Positions 9,896 through 21,600 of a stretch of DNA of 64,000 bases are shown piece after piece. Location: assembly GCA_031411295.1 (NCBI GenBank), contig JANOAV010000033.1, positions 1-64,000 on the forward strand, in the 5' to 3' direction. The notes below the pieces were generated by a model. It was given only the letters and a program-made list of their open reading frames with translations. It was not told the DNA's origin and ran no database searches. The position numbers and the translations under genes are program-made. The DNA is from Verrucomicrobiales bacterium. GTDB taxonomy: Bacteria; Verrucomicrobiota; Verrucomicrobiia; Verrucomicrobiales; V1-33. The stretch's first letter is position 1; every line of letters starts with the position of its first letter.

Positions 9896-11781
9896 GGTCT
9901 CTCCTCCTTGGGCTGTGCGCTCAGCCATTGTATGTCCGCAGCATTTAAGCCAACTTGAGCCGCCTCAGCAGCGGCGGGATTGGCTTCTTTCCAAGCCGTG
10001 AGCACGCTTTGCAGTGCCTCCTGGCGCGCACTGGTATCACCAATCGACTTGGCCCAGACCAAGGCCGAGTTGGGATCATCCCATGCCAGTGCCTGGGCCA
10101 GGCCTTGGGCCAAATGATCGCGCACCGGACCTGAGGGTTGTGCGGTGAGGTATTCCGAGGCGCTCTGAGCATCGACCGTCGCCCAAGTTTGCCCCAGACT
10201 CTGCGCCAGCGAGGCTTGTTCTGCGGGAGTTTGCCCATCACGTGCTAGTAAATCCGTCACATAGCGCTGGGAGTCGGTGGGATCCGCTGCCAGTTGGTTG
10301 GCGAAGACCTTGCGCTGAGCCTCTTCCCGTTGCGAGTCGGCGGGCAACTTCATGACGGCTTCTGTCAGGGTGAACATCATTTCATCATTGGCCAGACCCT
10401 GTTGTTGCAGCAGTGGCAACTCACCCAGATTCGCCAGTTGGGAGAGGACTTGAGGCGGAATCATTCCTGCATCCCGCAGCAGGGCCGACATGGCATCGGG
10501 GGAAATGTTTGCCAGCGAGAGAGCGGAATGATCCAGCTTGGACCAGGCCTCCCGCCGCACGTCATCGGGTTGCTGCGACATGAAGCCCACGGCGGCAATT
10601 TCATCCTGTTTCCACCATTGAGCCAGCGCATTGGCGATCACTTTTGGCTCCGTGGGCTGCTGACTTAGGAATGTGGCCGCCGCCGCAGCATCTGGCCAGG
10701 AGATGCTACTGGCGGCAGCGGTTAGGTAACCGCGCAAACTGCTATTTTCCGGTCCTCCGAAATTCCGCAGCAGATTGGCTAGTTGTGCGGGATCTTTCGG
10801 TAAGGCTCCGGTCAAACCCTGGGTAATTTCCTCAATGTCTCCGTGGCTGGAATGCAGTTGCTCTGCCAAACGCAACGCGGCGGCTGGGTCTTTGGCAAAC
10901 AACGCCGCCACCGCAGCCCCGCGCACGCCGGCCATGGGCTGGGGGGAGGAACCCCAACCCGAGGAAGGTTCGGATTTTGGCAACCCTCCCTGGATTTCCA
11001 TGAGCACCGCCATGGCGGCCACTGGGTCCTGCTGACCCCAAATTTTCATCACCGCTTCCTGACATCGCAGCGGAGCTTGAGTTTCACAAGCCAGACGCCA
11101 GGCTTCCCGGGGGGCTCGCTGGGCCAACAGCCCAAGCAATTTCGGATAGGCGCTGGCCATGGCCTCCGGCCCCAGGTGCTCGCGACACCATTGCTCGGTG
11201 CCTGCGAAATCCTGCTTCGCCAACCGTTCGATCAAGCTAGCGGAGGCAGCATCCAGCGCACCGTCGCCTTGCATCGCCAGTAATGTCTTCCATCCGTCAA
11301 TTTCGTTAGCCGAAGCCAGCGCCTCCAAGACCAGGGCTAGTAATTTCTCATCCTTTCCCGCTGCGAGCTGTAAGTTTCCTGGATCGACCCGCCACCATTC
11401 GCGCAGCAGCATCCAGCGCAAGTTAGACTCCACGCTTTGTTTTTCCAGAAATTCATTCCCCGCTGCGGGGGCTTTGCGAGCCCAGTAAATGATCAGCACT
11501 TGCCGCCACAGTTCACGGGAGGACTTCACGGGGTGGATTCCTAACTCCTCCCACAGAGCTGGGTAACCGTCTGCTCCCGTTTGTTGAATGCGCAGCAACA
11601 ACGGATCTGCCTCAGCGGGCGTTAGGGTTTCGCGCTTGGGGTCAACTCCCGCCACGGGGGCGGCCGGAAGCACGGCCACAGGCGGATCCTCCGCTGCGGG
11701 ACGAACCCATTTCACCAAACCATACCCCATCGCGGCAGAGCCGAGACAGGAGAGGGCAAGCAGAAGTGGCGAACGTTTCAC
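9892..11781 (-). CDS. Hypothetical membrane-anchored alpha-helical repeat protein
   Basis: About 630 aa ORF with N-terminal anchor and repeated W...DP.AA motifs. Start placed at GTG 11781 (ORF open from 11799). Confidence 0.7.
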   Translation of the reverse strand: MKRSPLLLALSCLGSAAMGYGLVKWVRPAAEDPPVAVLPAAPVAGVDPKRETLTPAEADPLLLRIQQTGADGYPALWEELGIHPVKSSRELWRQVLIIYWARKAPAAGNEFLEKQSVESNLRWMLLREWWRVDPGNLQLAAGKDEKLLALVLEALASANEIDGWKTLLAMQGDGALDAASASLIERLAKQDFAGTEQWCREHLGPEAMASAYPKLLGLLAQRAPREAWRLACETQAPLRCQEAVMKIWGQQDPVAAMAVLMEIQGGLPKSEPSSGWGSSPQPMAGVRGAAVAALFAKDPAAALRLAEQLHSSHGDIEEITQGLTGALPKDPAQLANLLRNFGGPENSSLRGYLTAAASSISWPDAAAAATFLSQQPTEPKVIANALAQWWKQDEIAAVGFMSQQPDDVRREAWSKLDHSALSLANISPDAMSALLRDAGMIPPQVLSQLANLGELPLLQQQGLANDEMMFTLTEAVMKLPADSQREEAQRKVFANQLAADPTDSQRYVTDLLARDGQTPAEQASLAQSLGQTWATVDAQSASEYLTAQPSGPVRDHLAQGLAQALAWDDPNSALVWAKSIGDTSARQEALQSVLTAWKEANPAAAEAAQVGLNAADIQWLSAQPKEERP

Positions 11782-11844
11782 AAAGCAAATTTGAAACAAT
11801 TTTCGCCAAACACAACGCCAGTTCGTTCATCGATGCGTGTTAAT

Positions 11845-11927
11845 CGTGGAGGGCGACGTGAGGAGACCAGCAACACGCAAAGGGGCGTTCGCTGCATGGC
11901 ACTGGCCTCCTGACGTCGCCCTCCACG
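11845..11927. repeat. REP-like inverted repeat pair (GTGG type)
   Basis: CGTGGAGGGCGACGTGAGGAG (11845-11865) pairs with CTCCTGACGTCGCCCTCCACG (11907-11927): 21 bp arms, one mismatch. Just downstream of the stop at 11936. Confidence 0.75.
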
Positions 11928-11935
11928 GTTTGGCT

Positions 11936-13699
11936 CTACAGGCGGGGAGCCTCGGGCTTGATCGGCCCGTCAGCGTAACGGAACCCTTTGGTCTTCAGTT
12001 TGCGACGGAACACTTTATCGTGGGCGGTAGCGTAAATATAGTCCATGTTAGGTCCGCCGAAATCCACATTCGCGAACCAGCCAGACTCAGGCTTGGGGAT
12101 GATGACATTAACGCGACCGGCTTGATCGCAAATCTGCACCCCCATGCTGGTGGCCACGTAGAGTCGGCCATCCTTGTCCACGCACATGCCATCGGCATCG
12201 GAGGGCCGATCATCCTGCTCGTGGAGGTGGAAATATTGTTGTTTGTGGTTCAACTTACCGTCGGCGGCAATCTGATAGGACCAGACGAACTGACCTTCCG
12301 TATCGGCCACATAGAGTAATGTTTGATCGGGCGAAAGCACCACGCCATTCGGCTTGAAGCCCGTTTCATCCACCACCAAAGGCTGACCGCCGGGAGTGAT
12401 GAGATAAATTTTGCGCCCCTTGAAGTCGGTCGCGTAGATGTTACCCGATTTCGTCACCACCAGATCATTCGGCTGGAAACCCGTGGCCACGGCCGCCTGC
12501 TGAGCGTTTTCGTCGAAACTAACAAGGCCGTTCTTGATGCCCGCATAGAGTTTCCCGTCGGGCCCAAAAGCCAAGCCCATGGGGTTGTCATTGTGTTTGG
12601 CGAACTGCGTGATTTTGCCATCGAGCCCAATTTTCATGATGTGATCGTTGCCATCCGTGAAGAACACCTCGCCCTTGGCATTGGCCACTGGACCTTCGGC
12701 AAACTTGTAGCCACTGCCGACCACTTCCCAATCACTGGTGGTGTCCACCCATTGACCAGCGAGAAATTTCGGATTGTCGGGGTGCACCGTCACGGGCGTC
12801 TTGCCATGGTCTTTCCAGAGCCAGCGCATGGCTTCGGGGAAGATTTGTCCGCCCAGCCCGCCATCGTGCGCGCCCTCGCCCCAAGCGTGGTTTACCTCAT
12901 AACCAGCGAATGTTAGGGCGCGCTCCATTTCCAGATTCGCCATCCACCAATCCCCTCCGTAAATGTTCTGATCATTGATACCGTCCTGCAAATAGACTCG
13001 CAGTGGTTTCGGCACCGTCTTGCGAATGATGGTAGGATAAACATTTCCTCCCCGCAGTCCCACGTAAGTTCCAATGGTGCTAAACACCCGGCGGAATGCA
13101 TCCGGCCGCTCCCACGCGGCGGTGAACGCGCAGATGGCTCCACTGCTGGCTCCACCCAACGCTCGATCATCCGGATGCTTGCTCAGGTTGTATTGTTTCT
13201 GCACCTCTGGCAGCACTTCCTCCAGCAGGAAACGAGCGTAGTTATCACCGAGACCATCGTATTCGAAACTGCGATTGAATCTGGGCAACGCGTCGGGATT
13301 GGCCGCCTTCAGCACCCCCGGACTGATGAAGATACCGATGGTCACGGGCATGTCTCCCTTGGCGATCAGATTATCAAACACCACTGGCACCCGCCAGTTT
13401 CCCTTCCGATTCACGTAGCCGCCACCGTCCTGGAAAATCATGACACAGGCGGGCTTGGCGGCATCATACTGGGCCGGAATATACAGTGAGCAATCGTGAT
13501 CCGATCCCGCGAAAATCTTGCTGGTCGGCAGCGGATATTTCATTTCCTTACCTTCCGGCACGCCAGCCTGAGGCTCGGAATCAGGACCGTGTTTGTAGGG
13601 GCCGGGAATAATTTCGGGCCCAGCCGGAGCAGCCGTTAGGGCCGAGGCACAGAGCAAGCTGAACAGCAGAGGAAACGTAATTTGGCTGAATGGAATCAT
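11936..13699 (-). CDS. Fusion of enterochelin-esterase-like alpha/beta hydrolase and SMP-30/gluconolactonase beta-propeller
   Basis: N-half has FQDGG, GASSGA nucleophile elbow and GEGAH. C-half has FAEGP, PNG...SPDQ..LYVADT, ADGMCVDKDGRLYVAT. Signal peptide from MIPFSQ. Confidence 0.88.
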   Translation of the reverse strand: MIPFSQITFPLLFSLLCASALTAAPAGPEIIPGPYKHGPDSEPQAGVPEGKEMKYPLPTSKIFAGSDHDCSLYIPAQYDAAKPACVMIFQDGGGYVNRKGNWRVPVVFDNLIAKGDMPVTIGIFISPGVLKAANPDALPRFNRSFEYDGLGDNYARFLLEEVLPEVQKQYNLSKHPDDRALGGASSGAICAFTAAWERPDAFRRVFSTIGTYVGLRGGNVYPTIIRKTVPKPLRVYLQDGINDQNIYGGDWWMANLEMERALTFAGYEVNHAWGEGAHDGGLGGQIFPEAMRWLWKDHGKTPVTVHPDNPKFLAGQWVDTTSDWEVVGSGYKFAEGPVANAKGEVFFTDGNDHIMKIGLDGKITQFAKHNDNPMGLAFGPDGKLYAGIKNGLVSFDENAQQAAVATGFQPNDLVVTKSGNIYATDFKGRKIYLITPGGQPLVVDETGFKPNGVVLSPDQTLLYVADTEGQFVWSYQIAADGKLNHKQQYFHLHEQDDRPSDADGMCVDKDGRLYVATSMGVQICDQAGRVNVIIPKPESGWFANVDFGGPNMDYIYATAHDKVFRRKLKTKGFRYADGPIKPEAPRL

Positions 13700-13997
13700 G
13701 CCGCAGAGTCGATCCGAATTCGCCTGCCCTGCCACCAGAAAGATACCGTATCTGCGGAGTTCCGTAAGAATGTGGAGCTGTCCGCTGGACTGCTCAATGC
13801 CGCCAAATCATCCCGTTGGGCTAATCCACATTCGTCGCATGGCACCTTCATGCCGTGTTGCCGTGGGGAGTCCCATCCAGGAGCAGGCTTCATCCCTTCC
13901 ACCGATGTTAGGCCCGTAGACCGCGCAAACTTCGCATTTTTCCGCAGTCCACTGCACCGCGCAATTTCCTGGCTCCGTCTTGTCGTGAGACTAGGAA

Positions 13998-14021
13998 ATG
14001 TCCGCGCTTCAGCGCGGACAT
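13998..14021 (-). terminator. Possible intrinsic terminator hairpin
   Basis: ATGTCCGCGC-TTCA-GCGCGGACAT perfect 10 bp stem, about 60 bp downstream of the kinase gene stop. Only a short U tract. Confidence 0.4.
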
Positions 14022-14078
14022 CGGTCCAGCGGGCGGTTCCACATTATCCCTGAGCCTTTATGGAAACGGTCTCAGAAG

Positions 14079-17000
14079 TTACTTTGCGGGAGGGATCGGT
14101 CCCGGGGCAGGGGACGTGTTCCGTTGCGGGGCAGGAGGAGCCAACAACTCCGCGTTTTTCGGGTTGAGTGCGATGGCTTTTTCTGCCGCCCGATCGGCAT
14201 ATCCGGTCACTCCCCGCGCACGGAGCAACTGAGCCGCACGGAGCCAGACTTGATCGTCTTCGGGCAGGTGTTTCATGGCATATTCCCGCAGCCAATCGGC
14301 CCGCTTTTTATCATTGGCTTTAATCATCTCGCTTACCTCTGGTGTCATGGTTGAGGTGTTACTCTGGCCCAATGCGTCCGCGATCACAAACAGGGGTAAA
14401 GCGTTGGCTGGAAATAGATCATGCGCCTGCCGCAGGCTTGCGTCATCACCATTGGCCAGAAGCGCCTCAAAACGGTCTCGGTTGGTCGCAGTGGAAATAG
14501 GGCTTAAGGTCGCCGAAGGACCATTTTCCAAGACCCAGTATGCCAGTTTTTCTACGGGTGATGTTTTAGTGAGTAAGGACGTTATGGGATAATTCAATCT
14601 CTGGATTTGAGGAAACGTGGATTGCATTTTACCATCAGATGTGAGCGCAACGCCCGTGAGGAATTTCGACAAAATCTTATAGATTTTCGTGTCCCTGACA
14701 TCACCTGAAACCGTCATCTTTTTATCGATGTTAATGTCCCATATCTTGGCCGCCTTGTCAGCAATTGCGGTGACCATGCGAGTTCCGTCAGGACTGAAGC
14801 AGTCGGGACGGATTCTGTCATTATGTTGAAATGTGCCTAGCGCCTGGCCCGTGGCAGTGTCCCATATCTTGGCCATCTTGTCAGCACTCGCAGTGACCAA
14901 GCAGGTGCCGTCGGGAATGAAGCTCATGGAAGTCACTTCATTTTCATGCCGGATGGTCGCTAGAGTTCTGCCGCTGACGGCGTGCAATATCTTGGTTACC
15001 CGATCCTCCCCCGAAGTGGCCAATAGCGTGCCGTCGGGGCTAAAGCTAGCCAAATTTACGTTATTAGCATTATGGAGATAGGACAACACTTTTCCCGTGA
15101 CCGCATCCCAGATCTTTGCTATCTGCCCGCCTGCCGTCAATACCCGGGTGCCGTCGGGGCTAAAGCTGCCGGACCATACTACGCCCAGCTCAAGATAGAC
15201 CAATGCTTGACCCGTGACGGCATCCCAGATCTTAGTTTCTAACAAATTGTTAGTCAATACGCGGGTGCCGTCGGGGTTGAAGCTAGCGAAATTTACGCTA
15301 ATATCATGCTGCAGAGTAACCACCGCTTGACCCGTAGCGCTATCCCAGATCTTTGCTATATCCCCACTTGCAGTCAATACCCGGGTGCCGTCGGGGCTGA
15401 AACTGGCGGAACTGACCGGTTACTCATGCTGAAACGTGACCAAGGATTTTCCCGATACTGCATACCAGATATTTGCTATATGTCCGCTAGCAGTCAATAC
15501 CCGGGTGCCGTTGGGGCTGAAACTGGCGGAGTTGATCGGTTTCTCATGCTGAAACATGACCAACGCTTTTCCAGTGGCTGCATCCCAGATGTTTGCTATA
15601 TCCCCGCTTGAAATCAAGACCCTGGTGCCGTCGGGGCTGAAACTGGCGGAATTTACGCGGGCATCATGCTGAAGCGTGACCAACGCTTGACCTCTGGTGA
15701 CGGCCCATACTTTGGCCTTATCGTCACTTGCCGTAACTAACTGGGCACCGTCAGGGCTAAAGCTAACGGAATTTACGCGGGCATCATGCTGAAGAGTGAC
15801 CAAGGCTTCACCTGTGGCGGCGTCCCAAACCTTGACTGTATCATCATCACTTGTAGTGATCACTCGCGTGCCGTCGGGACTGAAGCTAGGCAAAATTACT
15901 TGGGCATCATGCTGAAGAGCGACCAACGCTTGACCGGTGGAGGCATCCCAGATCTTCGCTATATGCGCACTTGCAGTCAACACCCGGGTGCCGTCGGGGC
16001 TGAAGCTGGCGGACCATACGCCCAGCTCAAGATAGACCAACGCTTGACCCGTGACGGCATCCCAGATCTTAGCTTCCAACAAATTGTTAGTCAATACCCG
16101 GGTGCCGTCGGGGTTGAAGCTAGCGAAATTTACGCTAATATCATGCTGAAGAGTAACCACCGCTTGACCCGTAGCGGAATCCCAGATCTTTGCTATATCC
16201 CCACTTGCAGTCAATACCCGGGAGCCGTCGGGGCTGAAACTGGCAGAACCGACCGGTTTCTCATGCTGAAAGGTGACAAAGGCTTTTCCCGTGGCTGCAT
16301 TCCAGGTCCTTGCTATATGTCCGCTTGCAGTCAATACCCGCGTGCCGTCGGGGCTGAAACTGGCGGAATCGACCGGTTTCTCATGCTGAAACGTGACCAA
16401 CGCTTTTCCCGTGGCTGCATCCCAGATCTTTGCTATATGTCCGCTTGCAGTCAATACCCGGGTGCCGTCGGGGCTGAATCTGGCGGAGTCGACCCATTTC
16501 TCATGTTTAAGAGTGACCAACCCTCGACCCGTGACAGCATCCCAAACCTTGACTGTATCATCATCACTTGTGGTGATCACTCGCGTGCCGTCGGGGCTGA
16601 AGCTAGCGGAACGAACCCTTTTCTCATGCTGGAAATACTGGATAGGCAACCTGCGCAAAGTGTCGCGGCGGATAACTACCTCCAATCCAAACCGTTTCCG
16701 AAAGAGGGCATTATCCGGGTCAAATTCGATGGCTTTGGACAAATGAGCCAAGCCCTCCTGAGTATTTTGCTGACGCAAACGATCGGAGGGATCACTTGCT
16801 TGGTCCAGTTTACTCGCCACCGAAAAAAGGCGGTCCGCCTGGTAAAACTCTGACTGCGCTGCGGCAATGAGTTGTTTCTGGGCAGCCTTTTTCTCGCGTT
16901 CAGCGCGTGCAAACTCCGTCTGCTTCAACACCCGCTCCGCCACAGCCACCCGCCACAACCAGGTGCTTGCGGTGATCCCCGCGATTAGCAAAAGCAGGAC

Positions 17001-18209
17001 GGAAGCAGCAGCCCCGAAAGCAAGCCGGTTGCGCTCTACCAACTTCCGCAGCCGGTAGCGCAGATCGGGAGGGCCCGCAGCGACGGGTTCATGGGCGAGA
17101 TGCCGTTCGAGATCCTGGGCGAGGTCGGCAGCGCTTCCGTAACGCCGCTCACGCTCCTTTTCCAAGGCCTTCAGGGTGATCCAATCCAGATCCCCCCGCA
17201 GGGTCCGGTTGAGTTTGGTGGGTTCAGACTGTCTGTATTGAGATATTTTGCTCGTTGCCTTGGATGCAGGGATAACCCGGTGGCTGGGCCGGACCGGGGG
17301 CGCTTCGCGGATCAGACGCAGGATTTCTTGCAATCCGGCGTGACGCAGAGCCTCATAGGACAACGGAGGGGAACCGGTCAGCAATTCGTAGAGGATGACC
17401 CCAAGGGTATAAATGTCGCTCCGGGTATCCATGTCCCCAGCTCCGGCCTGCTCCGGGCTCATGTATTGAGGGGTGCCCATGACCGTGCCCTCCAGGGTCC
17501 GTTGTAGCGTCACCTCCGGGTCCAGATCATCGCCACCGAGGGCCTTGGCGATACCGAAGTCGATCACCTTGGGCACCGCCTTGCCGTCCACTTCCGTGAC
17601 CAGGATGTTCGAGGGCTTGAGATCCCGATGCAATATGGACTTCTGGTGGGCGTGATGCACCGCCTGACAAACGGGAATGAACAATGCCAGTCGCTCACGG
17701 ATGGAGAGACGGTGATGATCGCAGTAATCGGTGATGGGCTCCCCGCGCACCAACTCCATCACAAAGTAAGGCCGCCCGTTGTCCATGGTCCCGGCATCGA
17801 GCACCGTTGCGATATTGGGATGCTCCATCCGCGCCAAGGAATGGCGCTCAGCCTCGAAACGGCGGATGATCTCGTGGCTGTCCATGCCTGGCTTGACGAT
17901 CTTAAGCGCCACCTCACGTCGGAGCGGTTCAGTCTGTTCCGCACGATAAACGATACCGAAACCGCCCTTCCCGAGACACTCGCGAATCTGATAAACCCCA
18001 ATTGAGACCGGATCCGCAGGCGCTCCTTCTGCGGTGGGACTGAATGCGCCCCGAGTCGTTATCTGCGTCTTCAAAATGGAGGACGGAAACACCAAAGGGA
18101 TATCGTCGACGCCCACGAGTAGGCATGCCGGGCACAATCCCTGAGGAGCATCCAAAGGAAACGCGGCACCACAACGTGGGCAACTGCTAGGGCTTTTGGA
18201 ACTTGGCAT
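14079..18209 (-). pseudogene. Ser/Thr protein kinase - TM - 16x WD40 - TPR protein, interrupted by one in-frame TAA at 15420-15422
   Basis: Hanks kinase motifs (GKGGFG, VALK, HRDLKPSN, DFG, GTPQYMSPE), TM, then WD40 repeats. ORFs 15420..18209 and 14079..15377 are in the same frame. The stop reads CAT GAG TAA CCG where sister repeats read CAT GAG AAA CCG. Confidence 0.85.
14737..16631 (-). repeat. Tandem array of 16 WD40-coding repeats (about 120 bp each), with an internal duplication offset by 837 bp
   Basis: Recurrent SFSPDGTRVLTAS..AKIWD units. 15184-15432 matches 16021-16269 with about 11 mismatches counted by eye. Confidence 0.9.
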
Positions 18210-18637
18210 GCCTTATCTATGTAGGAGAATTGACTGGAGATGTATCCGATGAAGCAAGGCCCTGCAAATGTTTTGGTGTGTCGCTGAAGTCTAACCGTGA
18301 AAGGTTCCTGTATTAACAATAAGACCGAGAAAATAAATACTGACCAGCTAAACTCCTAGACCGCTACTCGCCCCATGGCCCACGCACATCCCACACTCAC
18401 TTCGGAGCCCGGTATATCATGCGAGCACTCGCACGAGCCGAGGGGAGCTTCTGTTTGGGGATTTGGAGAAAGATCGAATGCGGAAGATGATTTGGTAAAT
18501 GGCGGATTTTTGCCGAGTGGAGGTGCTGAGGTATGCGGGCGTGCTGCCGCCCAAATCTACTGCTTTTTAGCTTGGTCTTTCCGCGCAAGTTGGCTTATGC
18601 TTGGGGCCGATCACTGCCCCCCCCATCCCCCAATATC

Positions 18638-21600
18638 ATGCGAATCGCTTTCCTTTGCCCCTGGGCGAATCTACGTCTCAGCCTGCTCTGTAGTTTGTTA
18701 ACTACAGGAGTCGCCCAGGCAGATCTCCTCGTCCGAGGACGCAACTATGAAGTCTCGCCTGTGGAAGTCAGTGCCAAGGGCGAGTGGGTGGTGTATCCCA
18801 AGGGAGCACCCCACGTCGAGGCTAACAAAGCGTGGTTATCCAAGCGCGTCTTGGTGGAAATAGCACCTGGTTTCGCGATCCCGGATGTGGCTTCGGTGCC
18901 GGATGTGACCGCTACTAGCAACCGGGGAAAGTTTGTCATCGTGACCCTGCGCGGCGGGGCGGACGCAGCGTTAAAGGGCGCGCGGCGTTTGAGTTTGCTG
19001 CCGGGGGTGAAGCAAGCGGAGCCGATGCTGGCGCGCCAACAACAGAAACGTTTCATCCCCAACGATCCTTACTTCGGCTACAACGCGAGTAATCCTGGAT
19101 ATCAATGGCATTTACAAAATACCGCCCACTACGGAGGCACGGCGGGGATTGATGCCGACGTGGTTCCGGCTTGGGATAGCTTCCAGGGCTTTGGAGTGCG
19201 CATCGGCATCGTGGATGATGGACTGGAAGTGGCGCATCCAGACTTGGCCCCGAACGCGGACACCGTTAATGATTATGATTTCAACTTCCTTGATGGAGAC
19301 CCGTCCCCCGGCAGCGGAGATAATCACGGCACGGCGTGTGCGGGCGTGGCCGCAGCCCGGGGCGATAACTCGCTGGGAGGAACCGGAGCGGCCCCACAAG
19401 CCACGCTCGTGGGCATGCGTCTCATCGCAGGGGCGACCACGGATGCGGACGAGGCCGACGCCTTCAGCTATAAGAAGGACATCATCGCCATTAAAAGCAA
19501 CAGTTGGGGTCCCTACGATGGCGGCTTTGGAGCGGGTGGACCCGGACCGGTGAGCACGGCTGCGCTGGAGGATGCCACCGTCACGGGCCGGGGCGGGCTG
19601 GGGACCGTTTTCGTTTGGGCTGCGGGAAATGGAAATCAGAATGGCGATGACTCGAACTATGATGGTTGGTCCGGCTCTCCCTTTACCATGGCCGTCAGCG
19701 CGATCACTGACACCGGGGTCCAAGCTTACTATAGCGAGCCGGGGGCTAACATTCTCATCTGCGCCCCGTCCAATGGTGGCAGCGAAAGCATCACGACGAC
19801 GGATCGGGTGGGCAGTGCCGGCTATAATTCTGGCGGCGGCGGAGATTATACCGATAGCAATTTCACGCGCACCTTCGGCGGCACCTCTTCCGCCTGCCCT
19901 TTGGCGGCCGGGGTCTCAGCATTGATTTTGCAGGCCAATCCCAATTTAAGTTATCGTGATGTGCAGGAAATTCTGGTCCGCACGGCCAAGCAGAACGATC
20001 CTTACGATGGTGGCTGGGTGACCAACGGTGCTGGTTTCCATTTCAACGTGAAGTATGGCGCGGGCTTGCTGGATGCGGCGGCGGCCACGGCCATGGCGAC
20101 GACGTGGACGAATCTGCCAGCCTTGGTGCAACAATCCCAGACGGCAGCAGGCTTGAATTTACCGATCCCGGACAACGATACCAACGGAGCTAGCCAGACC
20201 TTCAGCGTGACCCATGCTAACAATCTGCGAGTGGAGCACGTAACCGTCGCGCTAAATGCCACGCATGGATATCGCGGACAGTTGGCTTGGTATCTCACCT
20301 CTCCCAGCGGGGTGCGCTCCAGATTAGCCCGCAGCCGGGCCAATGATACCGAATCCAATCTGGACTGGACTTTCATGACGACCCATTTCTGGGGCGAACG
20401 CTCGGAAGGTAATTGGAAACTAACCGTGACCGATGAAACTGTGGGCTATACCGGCACCCTCAACAGCGCCAAGATCACTTTCTATGGCACCCCTGCTCCC
20501 GCCGATCTCCCGCTGCCAGTCATAACTTCCGCTACTGGCATTGCAGGACGGGAAGGCGCGGTGCTCCACTACCATGTCACCGCCTCTAATTTTTCCACCA
20601 GCTATGCCGCCAGCGGACTGCCTGCGGGGATCACCATCAACGCTCTGACAGGTGAAATCTCTGGCCTTCCAGCAGTCACTGGCGCAGACGCCCTTTACTT
20701 CGGAACCCTCAGCGCCACGAATGCCACCGGCACCACCACCGTCTCGCTGGTGATTCAAATTCTGGCTGCGGTGCCTGCCCTGGCCGCCGCGGTGGATCAA
20801 CCGCCCAGCGCGCTGATCGTTCCTTTTGGCGACGCGAAATGGTTCTCCCAAACCACCACCACCCACGACACAGTAGATGCAGCCCAGAGTGGCGATATTG
20901 CCGATGATGAATTTACCGGCATGGAAATGACGGTGATGGGACCAACTACCATTTCCTTCCAGTGGAAAGTTTCCTCCGAAGCAGCCTATGACTATCTGAT
21001 CTTCGTGGTCGATGGTAAAATCATTAACTTCATCAGTGGCGAGCAGGACTGGAGTGTCATCAGCTATGCCGTGGGGCCAGGCACCCACAATGTGGATTTT
21101 GATTACTTCAAAGATGGTTCGGTTTCCAATGGCGCTGACGCGGGTTGGATCGATGAGTTAGTGCTGACACCGATCACGACCCCACCGGTCGTGACGGGTG
21201 GAGAGGTCTCGGCCTACGATGGCGTGCTCTTTAGTTATCAGATCACCGGCACGAATGCTCCCACCGCCTATTCAGCCACTGGCCTGCCAGCTGGGCTCAG
21301 CATCGCTGCCTCCACGGGACTCATTTCCGGCACGCCCACTGCGCTGGGGAATTCCGCCATTACGATCGGAGCCACGAATGACTTCGGCACCGGCACGGCC
21401 GTGCTCACGCTGAAGGTGGGATCGTTGGTGGAAGGCCTGGCCGCAGCAGTGGACGCTCCTTGCCAGGTTTTCACCACCTCAGGCAACGGGCTCTGGACCC
21501 CGCAGACGATTTACTACCATGACGGCGTGGATGCAGCCCGCAGCGGCACGATCGGAGATCTCTCGCAAAGCGTCATGACCACGCAGGTCATGGGGCCAGC

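Noticed and set aside
13735..13990. Short ORFs in the gap between the lactonase and kinase genes
   Set aside because: No recognisable motifs in any frame and no convincing start context.
14079..15377. Independent WD40 gene starting at TTG 15377
   Set aside because: It starts mid-repeat, in the same frame as the kinase ORF and 42 bp after its stop. Treated as the distal part of one interrupted gene.
15184..16269. Near-identical WD40 segments as a DGR template/variable repeat pair
   Set aside because: The mismatches are not confined to adenines of one copy, and both copies are in-frame coding repeats. Tandem duplication explains them.
14737..16631. Regularly spaced repeats as a CRISPR array
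   Set aside because: The period is about 120 bp, the intervening sequence is also conserved and codes for WD40 units, and no cas genes are present.
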